Positions 37,248 through 47,404 of a stretch of DNA of 64,000 nucleotides are shown here, piece after piece (position 1 is the first letter of the stretch; each line of letters starts with the position of its first letter). Origin of the DNA: Candidatus Omnitrophota bacterium (GTDB lineage Bacteria > Omnitrophota > Gorgyraeia > B26-G9); the NCBI GenBank assembly GCA_018817585.1, contig JAHITE010000048.1:2100-66099 (forward strand). The letters are read 5' to 3'. Both the position numbers and the translations under genes were made by a program. The notes under the pieces were generated by a model, which was not told the DNA's origin, made no database searches, and saw nothing but the letters and a program-made list of their open reading frames with translations.

Positions 37248-37514
37248 ATGCTTAAGGAGATTGTGATGAAAGATTCACCCGAAGTATTTGGAACTGTGAC
37301 TGTCGGCCAAAGAGGCCAGGTGGTTATTCCGATGAAAGCAAGAAAAGCGCTTAAGCTTAAAGCCGGGGATCAGCTGATTGTTATGTCCGGACCTCCGGGC
37401 AAAAGTGAGATTATCAGTTTTATTCCCGCTAAGAGTCTGGCCGGTTTCTTAAGACATTTTGAAATCCGGATCGAAGCTCTGAAAAAAGAGCTTTCCAAAC
37501 AGGAAAAGAAATGA
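37248..37514 (+). CDS. AbrB/MazE/SpoVT DNA-binding protein
   Basis: GTVTVGQRGQVVIP..AR..L.LK.GD.L; true start may be near 37263-37266. Confidence 0.85.
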   Translation: MLKEIVMKDSPEVFGTVTVGQRGQVVIPMKARKALKLKAGDQLIVMSGPPGKSEIISFIPAKSLAGFLRHFEIRIEALKKELSKQEKK

Positions 37515-37577
37515 TTTTGGCAAACTGGCTGGTTATTAACTTAAATGTATTCCTAAATAAGGGAAATAAAACTATAT

Positions 37578-38861
37578 ATGCTTAATTCGTTTTGGAAGAT
37601 TACTGTTTTTAGTTTAAGCCTGTTTTTGTTTTGTGTATTGTTGCCAAAATTTCTCATGGCTGAAGAAGTCCTTACTTGGGATGACTGCGTTAAAGAAGCA
37701 TTGAAAAATCATCCGGAGTTGATCTATGCCCAGGAACAAGTTATTCAATCCCGGGCTGATAAAAACATCATCAGAGCAAATATTTTGCCGCAAATATCCG
37801 CTCAAGCCAGTGAAAAAAAATCCAAAGTAGAAGGAAGTGATCAGACTAAAAATTACGCTTACAGCGTTTCCGCGGAACAGTTGCTGTTTGACGGATTAAA
37901 AACAACATCGAATATTCATGCGGCAGAAAAATCGCTTGATGCCGCGGAGTATAATTATTTAGTAGCGTCTTCTGATATCAGACTTAGCTTAAATACCGCG
38001 TTTTCCTCGCTGCTAAGAGCCCAGGAACTTACCGCGCTTACTGAGGAAATCGCAAAGAGAAGAAGCGATAATTTAAAGCTGGTTAAAATTAGATATGAGG
38101 CAGGCCGGGAGCATCGGGGAGCGGTTTTAACCGCGGAAGCGGATTTGGCCCAAGCGGATTTTGAGGTCGCGCAGGCTAAAAGAAATATTTTGTTGGCCCA
38201 GCAGGACTTGATTATTCAATTAGGTAGAAAAAATAGAACTTTGATTAAAGTTGCCGGAGATTTGAATCTTAAGCAGATTGACTCTTCCTATCCCAACTGC
38301 GAAGCTTTGGCCGATAATACGCCGTTTCTCAAAGCCTTGATTGCCAGAAAAGAAGCGGCCAGATTTAATTATAGTTCGGCGAAAGGGGATTTATTCCCAA
38401 AGGTTTATTTAAGCGGTTCCATGGGCAGAAGCAATTCAGAATGGCCTCCGGAAGATGATGCCTGGTCAGCAGGCTTAACAGTTTCTTTGCCGCTGTTTGA
38501 AGGCGGCAGCAGGATTTATCAGATTGAAAAGGCTAAATCGCAATGGAAGCAAGCCCAGGCCAGTGAACGCAGCGGCCGGGACAGTGTGGTTTATACCTTG
38601 GAAAAAACCTGGAAAGATCTGCAGGATGCTCGAGATATGGTTTTAGTTAAAAAGAAATTTCTTGATGCCGCTTTAGAGAGGGCAAAGATTGCTAACGCGC
38701 AGTATTCCTCTGGGCTGACTACTTTTGATAACTGGATTATTATTGAGAATAATCTGGTTAGCGCCAAGAAAGCCTATCTTGATGCGCAGGAAAATTTATT
38801 ATTCGCGCAAGCATATTGGATTCAATCAAAAGGGGGAATATTAGAATATGCTAAAAAATAA
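37578..38861 (+). CDS. TolC family outer membrane protein
   Basis: AL.NHP, ILPQI, Q.LFDG, RYEAG, LPLFEGG. Confidence 0.9.
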   Translation: MLNSFWKITVFSLSLFLFCVLLPKFLMAEEVLTWDDCVKEALKNHPELIYAQEQVIQSRADKNIIRANILPQISAQASEKKSKVEGSDQTKNYAYSVSAEQLLFDGLKTTSNIHAAEKSLDAAEYNYLVASSDIRLSLNTAFSSLLRAQELTALTEEIAKRRSDNLKLVKIRYEAGREHRGAVLTAEADLAQADFEVAQAKRNILLAQQDLIIQLGRKNRTLIKVAGDLNLKQIDSSYPNCEALADNTPFLKALIARKEAARFNYSSAKGDLFPKVYLSGSMGRSNSEWPPEDDAWSAGLTVSLPLFEGGSRIYQIEKAKSQWKQAQASERSGRDSVVYTLEKTWKDLQDARDMVLVKKKFLDAALERAKIANAQYSSGLTTFDNWIIIENNLVSAKKAYLDAQENLLFAQAYWIQSKGGILEYAKK

Positions 38862-39822
38862 ATGGTTTTTAGGGCTAATCATCGGTCTTGTCTGTTTAAT
38901 GAGTCTTGGCTATTTTTCAAAAGCGAAAAAGGCAGCAGACAATAAAGGGTCTTTTCAGGAAGTAAATCCGGAGATTGGAAATATTTCTTTAATAATATCA
39001 ACGACCGGGGTTGTTGAGCCGCAAAACCGCTTGGAAATAAAGCCATCAATCAGCGGTAGGATCGAGGAAATTTTAGTTGAGGAAGGATCTGTGGTTAGAA
39101 AAGGTGATACTTTGGCCTGGATGAGCTCAACCGAGCGGGCAGCGCTTATTGACGCGGCAATATCCCAAGGGGATAAGACGCGTCAATATTGGGAAGAGGT
39201 TTACAAAAAAACGCCAATTATCTCCCCGATCGATGGAAAAGTAATTGTCAGGGGTTTTGAGCCGGGACAGACAATTACCACCAGTGAGCCCTTACTAGTA
39301 TTGTCAGACCGGTTGATCGTAAACGCGCAGTTTGATGAAACCGATATTGGCAGAGTGAAAATCGGACAGCAGGCAGTAATCGCTTTAGACGCGTATCCTA
39401 AAGATAAAATCAAAGGAGTTGTTGATCATATCGCCTATGAATCTCAATTAATTAATAATGTTACGATTTATGATGTAGATATTCTGCCGCGGGAGGTCCC
39501 GGAATTTTTTCGCTCAGGGATGAGCGCGAATGTTGATGTTACGGAAAATTCACGGACAAAAGTACTATTGATTCCCTTGGAAGCAGTACAGGAAGAGGCT
39601 GGAAAAAAAAATGTGCTGGTTAAGAAGAAAAAAAATAAGGGCAATGAAAAACGACAAGTCGAAGTTGGCTTAACAGATATTAGCAGTGCTGAGATAATCA
39701 GCGGATTAAGCGTGTCGGATATTGTGATGATTAAAGATCAAAAATATATACCGAAAAAGCAAGAAACAGGAACAAATCCATTTATGCCGTCTCGCAAGAA
39801 AAATAATGATAAAAATAAATAA
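38848..39822 (+). CDS. MacA-like periplasmic adaptor
   Basis: ISGRI.EI.V.EG..V.KGD, SPIDG.V, DETDIG.VK.GQ, GMSANV. Confidence 0.9.
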   Translation: MLKNKWFLGLIIGLVCLMSLGYFSKAKKAADNKGSFQEVNPEIGNISLIISTTGVVEPQNRLEIKPSISGRIEEILVEEGSVVRKGDTLAWMSSTERAALIDAAISQGDKTRQYWEEVYKKTPIISPIDGKVIVRGFEPGQTITTSEPLLVLSDRLIVNAQFDETDIGRVKIGQQAVIALDAYPKDKIKGVVDHIAYESQLINNVTIYDVDILPREVPEFFRSGMSANVDVTENSRTKVLLIPLEAVQEEAGKKNVLVKKKKNKGNEKRQVEVGLTDISSAEIISGLSVSDIVMIKDQKYIPKKQETGTNPFMPSRKKNNDKNK

Positions 39823-41764
39823 TATTTCCAAAACATATCATGCTGACGCAGTGCCGGTTTACGCGCTGCGCGGAGTAAGTCTTAGCATAAAAGCCGGAGA
39901 GTTTGTGGCAATTATGGGACCATCCGGATCAGGTAAATCCACGCTATTGCATTTGCTTGGATTTCTCGATCGTCCGGATAAGGGTGAGTATAAGATATTT
40001 AATACGGAAATTTCCCATTTAAATGACAGTGAATTAGCCGCCTTGCGCAATCGTTTAGCGGGTTTTGTGTTTCAGCAATTTCATCTTCTGCGCAGAATAA
40101 GCGCTATTGAAAATGTAGGATTGCCGCTGATTTATGCTGGAAAAACTGATATTCAGGAAAAAGCTTTTGAAAAGTTGAAAGCCGTGGGATTGGCGGAACG
40201 TAAAACCCACAGACCAAATGAACTTTCCGGAGGCGAGCAGCAAAGAGTGGCTATTGCCCGGGCATTGATTAATGATCCGATGATAATTTTCGCTGATGAG
40301 CCTACAGGCAATCTGGACACTAAGAGCGAAGAAGAAATAATGAAGATTTTAAAAAAACTTAATGATCAGGGCAAGACGATTATAATGGTAACGCATGAAC
40401 GGGAAGTTGCCGAACAAGCAAAAAGAATTATAACCATGCGTGATGGTAAAATCCAAACTGATGTGTTTACTGATAAAAATATTATGGGAAGAGAAATTGT
40501 GCAAGATGATTTCTCTATATCAGACATTGTCGCGCAAAAGCATTCTTCTTTTGGCCGGATGGAATTTCTCCAGCATTGTCATCAAGCATTCCAAGCTATT
40601 TTTTCAAATAAAGTCCGCTCCTTTCTTTCAATTCTGGGAATTCTTTTTGGCGTAGCCGCGGTGATCGCGATGATGGCTTTAGGTGAAGGGGCTAAATTAT
40701 CAATGGAGCAGAGGCTTAAATCTTTGGGCTCAAATCTCCTGACGATTAGCGGGGGCCACGCGCAAATGCATGGGGCGGCTTCCGGAACAGTTACCCGGTT
40801 TACCTTTGAAGATGTAACGGCAATCAGGGGTTTATCGGATTATATTAAGAAAGCCAGCGGCAGCTGCCGGGGAAGCGCGCAGATTGTTTATGAGAACGCG
40901 AATTGGAATACAAGTATTGAGGGTGTGGATTATGATTATGCTCAAATGCGAGCAACAGTTCCGGAAATCGGCAGATGGTTCACAAGGGAAGAAATTACCC
41001 GCAGGGACAAGGTCGCGATTATTGGAATTACAGTGGCTAATAAAATTTTTAACAATCGCAATCCCATAGGAAAGCAGATAAAAATAAATAGGATTAATTT
41101 TCAAGTGATTGGGATTGCTCCGGAAAAGGGTTCCGGCGGCTGGCGTGATCAGGATGATGTTGTTTATATTCCAGTTACCACAGCCATGTATCGGGTTTTG
41201 GGTAAAGATTACCTTGATCAAATCTATGTAGAGGTCGCGGATGTGGGCTTAATGGCCGCGGCGCAAGATCAGGTCAGAGCTGTTATTAAAAAGAAGCATA
41301 AATTATACAAAGATGATGATTCATTTGAGATCCGGGATATGAGTGAAATTCAGCAAATGCTCTCTAGTACAACGCAAACAATGAGCCTGCTTTTAGGCAG
41401 TATAGCGGCGATCTCTTTATTGGTCGGTGGTATTGGAATCATGAATATTATGCTTGTTTCTGTTACTGAAAGAACCCGGGAAATCGGCTTGCGTAAAGCA
41501 ATCGGTGCCCGCGGCAGCGATATAATGTTCCAATTTTTAATAGAAGCCGTGGTTATGACTTTTAGCGGCGGCTTGATCGGTATTTTACTCGGAGCCGGAG
41601 CGGCTTTTATTATGGCCGCGGTTGTTGGCTGGGCAACCAAGGTTTCTTTGTTTAGTGTTGTTTTATCCACGACTTTTTCGATTATTGTGGGCATTGGATT
41701 TGGTTTGTGGCCAGCAAAAAAAGCCGCGGAGCTTAATCCAATCGAAGCTTTAAGGTATGAATAA
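39806..41764 (+). CDS. macB: MacB-like fused ABC ATPase/permease
   Basis: [47 protein letters not shown]. Confidence 0.92.
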   Translation: MIKINNISKTYHADAVPVYALRGVSLSIKAGEFVAIMGPSGSGKSTLLHLLGFLDRPDKGEYKIFNTEISHLNDSELAALRNRLAGFVFQQFHLLRRISAIENVGLPLIYAGKTDIQEKAFEKLKAVGLAERKTHRPNELSGGEQQRVAIARALINDPMIIFADEPTGNLDTKSEEEIMKILKKLNDQGKTIIMVTHEREVAEQAKRIITMRDGKIQTDVFTDKNIMGREIVQDDFSISDIVAQKHSSFGRMEFLQHCHQAFQAIFSNKVRSFLSILGILFGVAAVIAMMALGEGAKLSMEQRLKSLGSNLLTISGGHAQMHGAASGTVTRFTFEDVTAIRGLSDYIKKASGSCRGSAQIVYENANWNTSIEGVDYDYAQMRATVPEIGRWFTREEITRRDKVAIIGITVANKIFNNRNPIGKQIKINRINFQVIGIAPEKGSGGWRDQDDVVYIPVTTAMYRVLGKDYLDQIYVEVADVGLMAAAQDQVRAVIKKKHKLYKDDDSFEIRDMSEIQQMLSSTTQTMSLLLGSIAAISLLVGGIGIMNIMLVSVTERTREIGLRKAIGARGSDIMFQFLIEAVVMTFSGGLIGILLGAGAAFIMAAVVGWATKVSLFSVVLSTTFSIIVGIGFGLWPAKKAAELNPIEALRYE

Positions 41765-41836
41765 GCAATCGTTATCCCTTTCTCGAATATAATCTTAAAA
41801 ATAAACAGGAAAAACGGTTAGGTTTTAAATTTTTCG

Positions 41837-41895
41837 AAAATCGAAAAAAATATTTCGATTTTATGTTGACAAATCTCCGAAATATGATATATTAT
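41837..41895 (+). promoter_or_regulatory. Inverted repeat operator and promoter upstream of MerR-like gene
   Basis: AAAATCGAAA-N6-TTTCGATTTT (41837-62), TTGACA (41866), TATATT/TATTAT (41888-95). Confidence 0.55.
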
Positions 41896-41910
41896 GTAAT
41901 GGGAGCAGAG

Positions 41911-42207
41911 ATGATAAATAAAAATAGCAAAAACCCAGAGCAGTTTATTGAGTTCATAATCGATGTCGATGAACCGATTTATACAACCGGCGTGATTCAA
42001 AGATTATTGGATATTCCGATTTGGGTGATCAAGCAGCTGGATAACGAGGGGGTTGTCAGTCCTCCGCGAAAATTAGTTGGATCATCCCGGTTGTACTCTA
42101 AGCGGGAATTGAAAAAATTAGCGCATTGCTGGGTGTATATGAATGAAAAAGGAGTTAATATTAAAGGACTTAAAGTTATTTTGGAAATAGAAGCAAAAAA
42201 CGACTAG
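41911..42207 (+). CDS. MerR/HspR-like regulator
   Basis: DEPIYTTGVI..LL.I, G.V.P.R....RLYS.REL, EKGVNI.G.K.ILE; RBS GGAG. Confidence 0.75.
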   Translation: MINKNSKNPEQFIEFIIDVDEPIYTTGVIQRLLDIPIWVIKQLDNEGVVSPPRKLVGSSRLYSKRELKKLAHCWVYMNEKGVNIKGLKVILEIEAKND

Positions 42208-42230
42208 GAAAAAATTTTTTTAACAGACAA

Positions 42231-42257
42231 TTGGCACTCTCGTCTATAGAGTGCCAG
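42231..42257 (+). promoter_or_regulatory. CIRCE element (HrcA operator)
   Basis: TTGGCACTC-N9-GAGTGCCAG versus consensus TTAGCACTC-N9-GAGTGCTAA; upstream of the Hsp20 genes. Confidence 0.85.
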
Positions 42258-42410
42258 GAATTGGCAAGGGGAAAGGAGGTGCTGGTATGGTGATTTACCA
42301 AGTAGCAGGAACAATCAGTAAGGGGATGGGAAATGAGTTTTTAAATTGTGTTGGCATCTTGATGGGAAAATTAAATAAATAAAATTAAACAAAAAAATTG
42401 GAGGTGTATT

Positions 42411-42881
42411 ATGTCATTAGTTCCATATCGTAAAAATAATTGGTTATCTGATCCGCTCGGAGAATTAGAAAATTTGCACAGGGAAATGAATAGATTGTTT
42501 GATTTTTCTTTTGCGAATAATCCTTTTGGAGAAACAACTCTGCTGGGAAGTCAATGGTCTCCGACAATTGATATCCATGAGTCAAAGGATAGTTTTCTGG
42601 TAAAAGCGGATTTGCCGGGCTTAGCTAAGGATGAAATTGAAATCTCTGTTCAGGATAACAATCTGATCATTAAGGGAGAAAAGAAAAAAGAGCATGAGGT
42701 AAAAGAAGAAAATTACTATAAAACTGAAAGATTTTACGGCAGTTTTTATCGGACTATTCAGCTGCCGGCTTTGGTTGATGATGCAAAGGTTGAAGCGCAA
42801 TATAAAGATGGGGTTTTGAGTTTAACTCTGCCTAAAAGAGAAGACGCAAAACCCAAACAAATCAAAGTGCAGATAAAATAA
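42411..42881 (+). CDS. Hsp20/alpha-crystallin protein
   Basis: WSPTIDI.E, ADLPG, L.IKGE, ERFYGSF.R...LP, YKDGVL..TLPK, IKV. Confidence 0.95.
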   Translation: MSLVPYRKNNWLSDPLGELENLHREMNRLFDFSFANNPFGETTLLGSQWSPTIDIHESKDSFLVKADLPGLAKDEIEISVQDNNLIIKGEKKKEHEVKEENYYKTERFYGSFYRTIQLPALVDDAKVEAQYKDGVLSLTLPKREDAKPKQIKVQIK

Positions 42882-42909
42882 GGGCTAAATTTTAAAAAGG
42901 AGGCTATTA

Positions 42910-43281
42910 ATGTTAGAAAAACATAAATTATTCGCGAAAAATGAGAGAATGCCAACTATTTTACCTGTTGCCAGTATTTATGATCAGAATCAAAAGATAG
43001 TTCTGGCCATAGAAATGGCAGGGGTGGATAAAAGTACAATTGATGTCTGTGTGGAAGGCAATATCTTAGCAATAAAAGCAATAAAAAGAAAAGAGAATAT
43101 TTCCGGAGAATATCAAGCGCTTTATCAGGAAAGACAAAACGTAGAATATCGCAGAAGTTTTGAGCTTAACGCGGAAGTAGATAGAGAGGGGATTGAGGCT
43201 GAGTATAAAAACGGAATTTTGAAACTATCATTAACTCTGGCAAAAAGAGCTCAGCCGAAAAAAATTGAAATTAAAACCTGA
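42910..43281 (+). CDS. Hsp20/alpha-crystallin protein
   Basis: EMAGVDK, YRRSF.L...VD...I.A.YKNGIL, KKIEI. Confidence 0.9.
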   Translation: MLEKHKLFAKNERMPTILPVASIYDQNQKIVLAIEMAGVDKSTIDVCVEGNILAIKAIKRKENISGEYQALYQERQNVEYRRSFELNAEVDREGIEAEYKNGILKLSLTLAKRAQPKKIEIKT

Positions 43282-43307
43282 GATTTTAAAGTAAAGGGGG
43301 GATTATT

Positions 43308-43946
43308 GTGAAACGAAAATTCGCGCCGATTGCAGTGGGGATGGTAATTTTGTTTTCAGGAATATTCTTTTTTAATGCTTTGAATCAGAGTTTTGCCGGC
43401 GAAGATAATGCGGGGGAGTTGAAACAGCAAATCGAAGCATTACAAAAAAGAATTGATGTTTTGGAGTCAGAAAAACAAAATCCGACAATGCGCTATCCGC
43501 ATAGCTCAGGCTGGGGGCAAAAAAGCAATCAGAGGGCTTGGGATCCTTTGGAAGAAATGCTCCAGATGCAGCAGGAAATGAACCGAATGTTTAAAAACTC
43601 TTTTAACTGGGGTGGTTTATCCAGTAAGGGAATGTTCAGCAGCGATGTGTTTTATGATGATGCTTTTGGTCTAAAGGATGAGAAAGATAAATATGTAATT
43701 GAATTTGATATGTCTGGGTTTAACCAGTCAAAGATTAATATTCAAATCAATGAACGAACGCTTACTGTAAAAGGTGAGCGCTCCGAAGGACAGAGCAAAG
43801 ATCAGAAAAATAAATATTTCAGCTCACAAAGTTATGCGAGTTTTATGCGTTCTCTAGTATTACCGGAAGATGCTGATACTACAAAAATGAAATCGGAGAA
43901 CAAGGGAGATAAATTGATCATTACTTTGCCCAAGAAAAAGATCTGA
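43308..43946 (+). CDS. Hsp20 protein with N-terminal signal peptide
   Basis: MKRK + hydrophobic core + SFA; WDPLEEM..MQ.EMNRMF; L.VKGE; SF.RS..LP.DAD; L.ITLPK. Confidence 0.85.
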   Translation: MKRKFAPIAVGMVILFSGIFFFNALNQSFAGEDNAGELKQQIEALQKRIDVLESEKQNPTMRYPHSSGWGQKSNQRAWDPLEEMLQMQQEMNRMFKNSFNWGGLSSKGMFSSDVFYDDAFGLKDEKDKYVIEFDMSGFNQSKINIQINERTLTVKGERSEGQSKDQKNKYFSSQSYASFMRSLVLPEDADTTKMKSENKGDKLIITLPKKKI

Positions 43947-43979
43947 GATTTTTTATGAATTTTATTTAAAATCAATGAG

Positions 43980-44022
43980 TAAAAGCAAACCCCTCATTTT
44001 TAAAAAGAGGGGTTTGCTTTTA
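43980..44022. terminator. Bidirectional terminator between convergent genes
   Basis: TAAAAGCAAACCCCTC...GAGGGGTTTGCTTTTA. Confidence 0.85.
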
Positions 44023-44047
44023 TTTTATTATCGCTTTATCCAAATTA

Positions 44048-44734
44048 TTATTGTTTGGACATTTTATCCAATATTTTAGGAATCCAGGGAATACTGCCTA
44101 TGCCAAAAGCAATGGTGAAGGTAATGCATAAAGTAATGCCCAGGGCAGACATGATTATAAATAGAAAATCGCGCGGCATCCCTAATCGACTTAAACAGGC
44201 GATAAAAGTAAATATAATAATTGCCCAGCGGATAATGCCGGCTTGTGTCCCGGCTTGAGCAATGCCTAATTTCTTAGCAGTGACTTCAACAAATTTAGAA
44301 ATTACAGTGCTCAAGAATAAACCAATAAAAAGAATTATTAAAGACATAAATAATGTTGATAAGAACCCGCCAATATCCTGGAGCAGTGCAGAAGGCAGTC
44401 TTAACCGCAAAGCATCAAGGGCAATGATCCAGGTTAAAAATAAGCCAAAATAGTAAAAAAGTTTGCTGATCCATATTGAAGGGGTCATCCCGATTTTCTT
44501 TTCGCTGATAACTTCCGTGATTCCGGTTGATTCCGCGATTTTATCAAAATTCATGGCAATTAAGAATTTTTTGATCACAATCATCGCGATCCTGGCAATA
44601 ACCCAGCCAATTAAAATAATTCCAGCGGTTTTTATCAGTGTTGGGATAAATCTAAGAATGTCCGCGAACAGATATTTTAGCGGTTCAATAACCTGCAGAT
44701 TAAAATCAATAGTTTTAACAGTGTAATTTGCCAT
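44048..44734 (-). CDS. CmpX-like / MscS-associated TM helix protein
   Basis: FIP.LI....I.LIGW.IA, FDK.AE..GI, AFGIG; RBS AAGGAGG. Confidence 0.75.
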   Translation of the reverse strand: MANYTVKTIDFNLQVIEPLKYLFADILRFIPTLIKTAGIILIGWVIARIAMIVIKKFLIAMNFDKIAESTGITEVISEKKIGMTPSIWISKLFYYFGLFLTWIIALDALRLRLPSALLQDIGGFLSTLFMSLIILFIGLFLSTVISKFVEVTAKKLGIAQAGTQAGIIRWAIIIFTFIACLSRLGMPRDFLFIIMSALGITLCITFTIAFGIGSIPWIPKILDKMSKQ

Positions 44735-45008
44735 AACGACCTCCTTTGTTAATTTAATTAAGAATAGTTTTATTAAAAGTATTATAGCATAAAATTAGCT
44801 AAACCAATAATTATAACAACAAGTAGCAATGTGGATAACTTTCGTAGTGTTTTTTCTATTTAGCTCCCAAGATGATTAATTTATTGACAATATCAGCTAA
44901 AACCCTGAAAATATAAGTATAGCTTGAACATGGTAAATATCAAAGATAGGACGTCTTTCCTTATTGTTCAGAACAAACTCCTGGAATTAATATTATTGGA
45001 AGAGAATT

Positions 45009-45686
45009 ATGCGCATATTATTAGTAGAAGATGAGAAGAAAATTGCCAGTTTTATTGAGCGAGGGCTTAAAGCGCATCGCTATGCCGTAGATATTGCTGC
45101 TGATGGAGAAAAAGGCCTGGAATTGGCGGAAATAAATCCTTATGATTTGATTATTCTGGATATTATGCTGCCAGGCAAAGACGGGATTACGGTCTGTAAA
45201 GAACTCAGAGCTCAGGGCATTGATAGTCCGGTAATGATGTTGACTGCTAAAAGTTCAGTGGCGGATAAGGTGCATGCTTTGCATTGCGGAGCGGATGATT
45301 ATTTAGTTAAACCTTTTTCTTTTGAAGAATTTACGGCTCGAGTTGCCGCGCTGATGCGGCGCACGCGTAAGGAGAAAACATCGATTTTAAAAGTCGGCAG
45401 CATTGTGCTTGATCAGATTACGCATAAGGTGAAAACGGCGGACAAAGAAATAGTGCTTACTCCTAAGGAATATAGTCTTTTAGAATATTTTATGCTCAAT
45501 GTTGATCAGGTAATTACCCGGACAATGATTTCTGAGCATGTTTGGAATGAGAATTTTGACAGTTTTTCTAATATTATTGACGTGTTTATAAATAACTTAA
45601 GAAGCAAGCTTGATTCTAACCGCAAAAAAAGCTGTATTCAAACTGTTCGCGGTGTAGGCTATGTTTTGAACAGTAAATCTTCATGA
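45009..45686 (+). CDS. OmpR-family response regulator (CusR-like)
   Basis: MRILLVEDE, LDIMLP, GADDYLVKPF, LTPKEY.LL, TVRGVGY. Confidence 0.95.
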   Translation: MRILLVEDEKKIASFIERGLKAHRYAVDIAADGEKGLELAEINPYDLIILDIMLPGKDGITVCKELRAQGIDSPVMMLTAKSSVADKVHALHCGADDYLVKPFSFEEFTARVAALMRRTRKEKTSILKVGSIVLDQITHKVKTADKEIVLTPKEYSLLEYFMLNVDQVITRTMISEHVWNENFDSFSNIIDVFINNLRSKLDSNRKKSCIQTVRGVGYVLNSKSS

Positions 45687-47173
45687 AAATCAATTCGATT
45701 AAATTCAAACTCTGTGTTTTATATGTCGGAACCTTAGGACTGCTTCTGGTAGGCTACCGCGCTGCGCTTTACTATAACCTTTATCAAACACTGTATCGTG
45801 ATTCGGATACTCAATTGATTGCCAAGGCCACTGAAGTGCGAAAAAATCTGCGCGTTTTTACAACTCCGCTCAGAGAGTCAAAAAGAGCAGTTATTTTTGG
45901 AGCAAAACGAATGTTAGGGGTTGATGTTACTTATCCGGATAAAGAACAACTGACGCGGATTGAAGAGATCTGGCGTAAAACCAGAGAAGATCTGGCGCTG
46001 AATAAAGATTATATTAATTTTTTAAACGAAGAAGGTAAGACAGTGGTTAGTTCGCCGAACATTGATAGAGGTTTGAGTAGCTTTCTCGAAGCTTACGCAA
46101 AGACAGATAATGCCCAGCCGGCTTTTCACAATATAGTATATAAGGAAAGCCTAAATTTAAGAATAATTGTTATGCCGGTTGACTTCGCTGATCTTGGCAA
46201 ATATACGCTGCAAATTGGAATATCTACTGATCCAATTATCTATGTTTTACGGGAACGGATAAATAAAAGCGCGATCAGTATTCCCTGGATAATGCTGGCA
46301 GCGGTTATTTTCAGCTATTTATTGGTTTGGCGGATTCTTCGTCCGGTGAAACAGATTGCTAAAATTGCTAATGATATTTCGCATAAAAATCTTAGTGCCA
46401 GGGTTAATCTGAAGGATATTGATCAGGAAATAAAACCGCTGGCTGAATCATTTAATGATATGATTGAAAGACTGGAAGAGTCCTTTACCTATGTTGAAGA
46501 CTTTAGTTCCTATGTTGCGCATGAGCTGAGAACTCCGCTAACAATTATAAAAGGAGAGACAGAAGTAGCATTGCAAACTGAGCATAGTCCCGCGGAATGT
46601 AAATCTGTGATGCAATCCAATCTGCAGGAAGTAGAAAGAATGCTCAAGACAATAGATCATTTGCTGATGCTGGCGGATATGAATTATCGTAAGCAGTTAA
46701 TTAATTTTGAGCGTGTTGAATTAAGCGAGTTTTTAAAAGATATTTATGAAAAAAGCACAATCTTGGCAGCAGCAAAACAGATCTCTGTCAATCTGGAGGC
46801 CATGAAAAGCAAAATAGAGCTAATGGCTAATCGTAATGAACTGCGCAGATTATTTTTTAATCTGATTGATAACGCGATTAAATTTACCGCGACAAACGGC
46901 AGGATTGATATCAGCGTTAAACAGCAGAAAAATAAAGTAGAGATCAATATTGCCGACACAGGGATTGGTATTCATGAATCTGATATTTCGAAAATATTTA
47001 ATAAGTTTTTCCGGGCTTCAAGCGATGAACAGCATCCTGGCAGTGGGTTAGGCTTGGGAATTGTTCAGTCTATTATCCGGATCCATCAAGGGCGTATTTT
47101 AGTCAGCAGTGAACCTAATAAGGGTTCTGTCTTTACCGTAATCCTGCCAGTTTATCAACCTGCCAAACATTAA
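45683..47173 (+). CDS. HAMP sensor histidine kinase (CusS-like)
   Basis: Two TM segments, HAMP, AHELRTPL, NLIDNAIKF, GSGLGL. Confidence 0.93.
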   Translation: MKINSIKFKLCVLYVGTLGLLLVGYRAALYYNLYQTLYRDSDTQLIAKATEVRKNLRVFTTPLRESKRAVIFGAKRMLGVDVTYPDKEQLTRIEEIWRKTREDLALNKDYINFLNEEGKTVVSSPNIDRGLSSFLEAYAKTDNAQPAFHNIVYKESLNLRIIVMPVDFADLGKYTLQIGISTDPIIYVLRERINKSAISIPWIMLAAVIFSYLLVWRILRPVKQIAKIANDISHKNLSARVNLKDIDQEIKPLAESFNDMIERLEESFTYVEDFSSYVAHELRTPLTIIKGETEVALQTEHSPAECKSVMQSNLQEVERMLKTIDHLLMLADMNYRKQLINFERVELSEFLKDIYEKSTILAAAKQISVNLEAMKSKIELMANRNELRRLFFNLIDNAIKFTATNGRIDISVKQQKNKVEINIADTGIGIHESDISKIFNKFFRASSDEQHPGSGLGLGIVQSIIRIHQGRILVSSEPNKGSVFTVILPVYQPAKH

Positions 47174-47179
47174 GAAAAA

Positions 47180-47223
47180 TTAATCTTATCTTCATCTTCT
47201 CTTAATCATCATTCGGATATACT
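47180..47223 (+). promoter_or_regulatory. Three 11-bp-spaced direct repeats (OmpR-type boxes) plus -10
   Basis: TTAATC/TTCATC/TTAATC at 47180, 47191, 47202; TATACT at 47218. Confidence 0.6.
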
Positions 47224-47404
47224 CCGGTGTGGATATGAATAAAAAGAGAGTTTTTTTATCAGCAATTGAACGGTTCGCTCGGGATTTTACTATTGGCCAT
47301 CAGGTATTTGTGACAATTAAAGCACGAGACCTTGCGCCATAGTTTAAGGCTGGGAAGTAAAAAATAAGAATTATTGCGCGGGAATTTTTTTCATAGGGGT
47401 AGGA

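Noticed and set aside
44830-44838. Perfect DnaA box (TGTGGATAA) in an AT-rich divergent spacer
   Set aside because: Single box with no cluster or dnaA nearby; not enough for an origin call.
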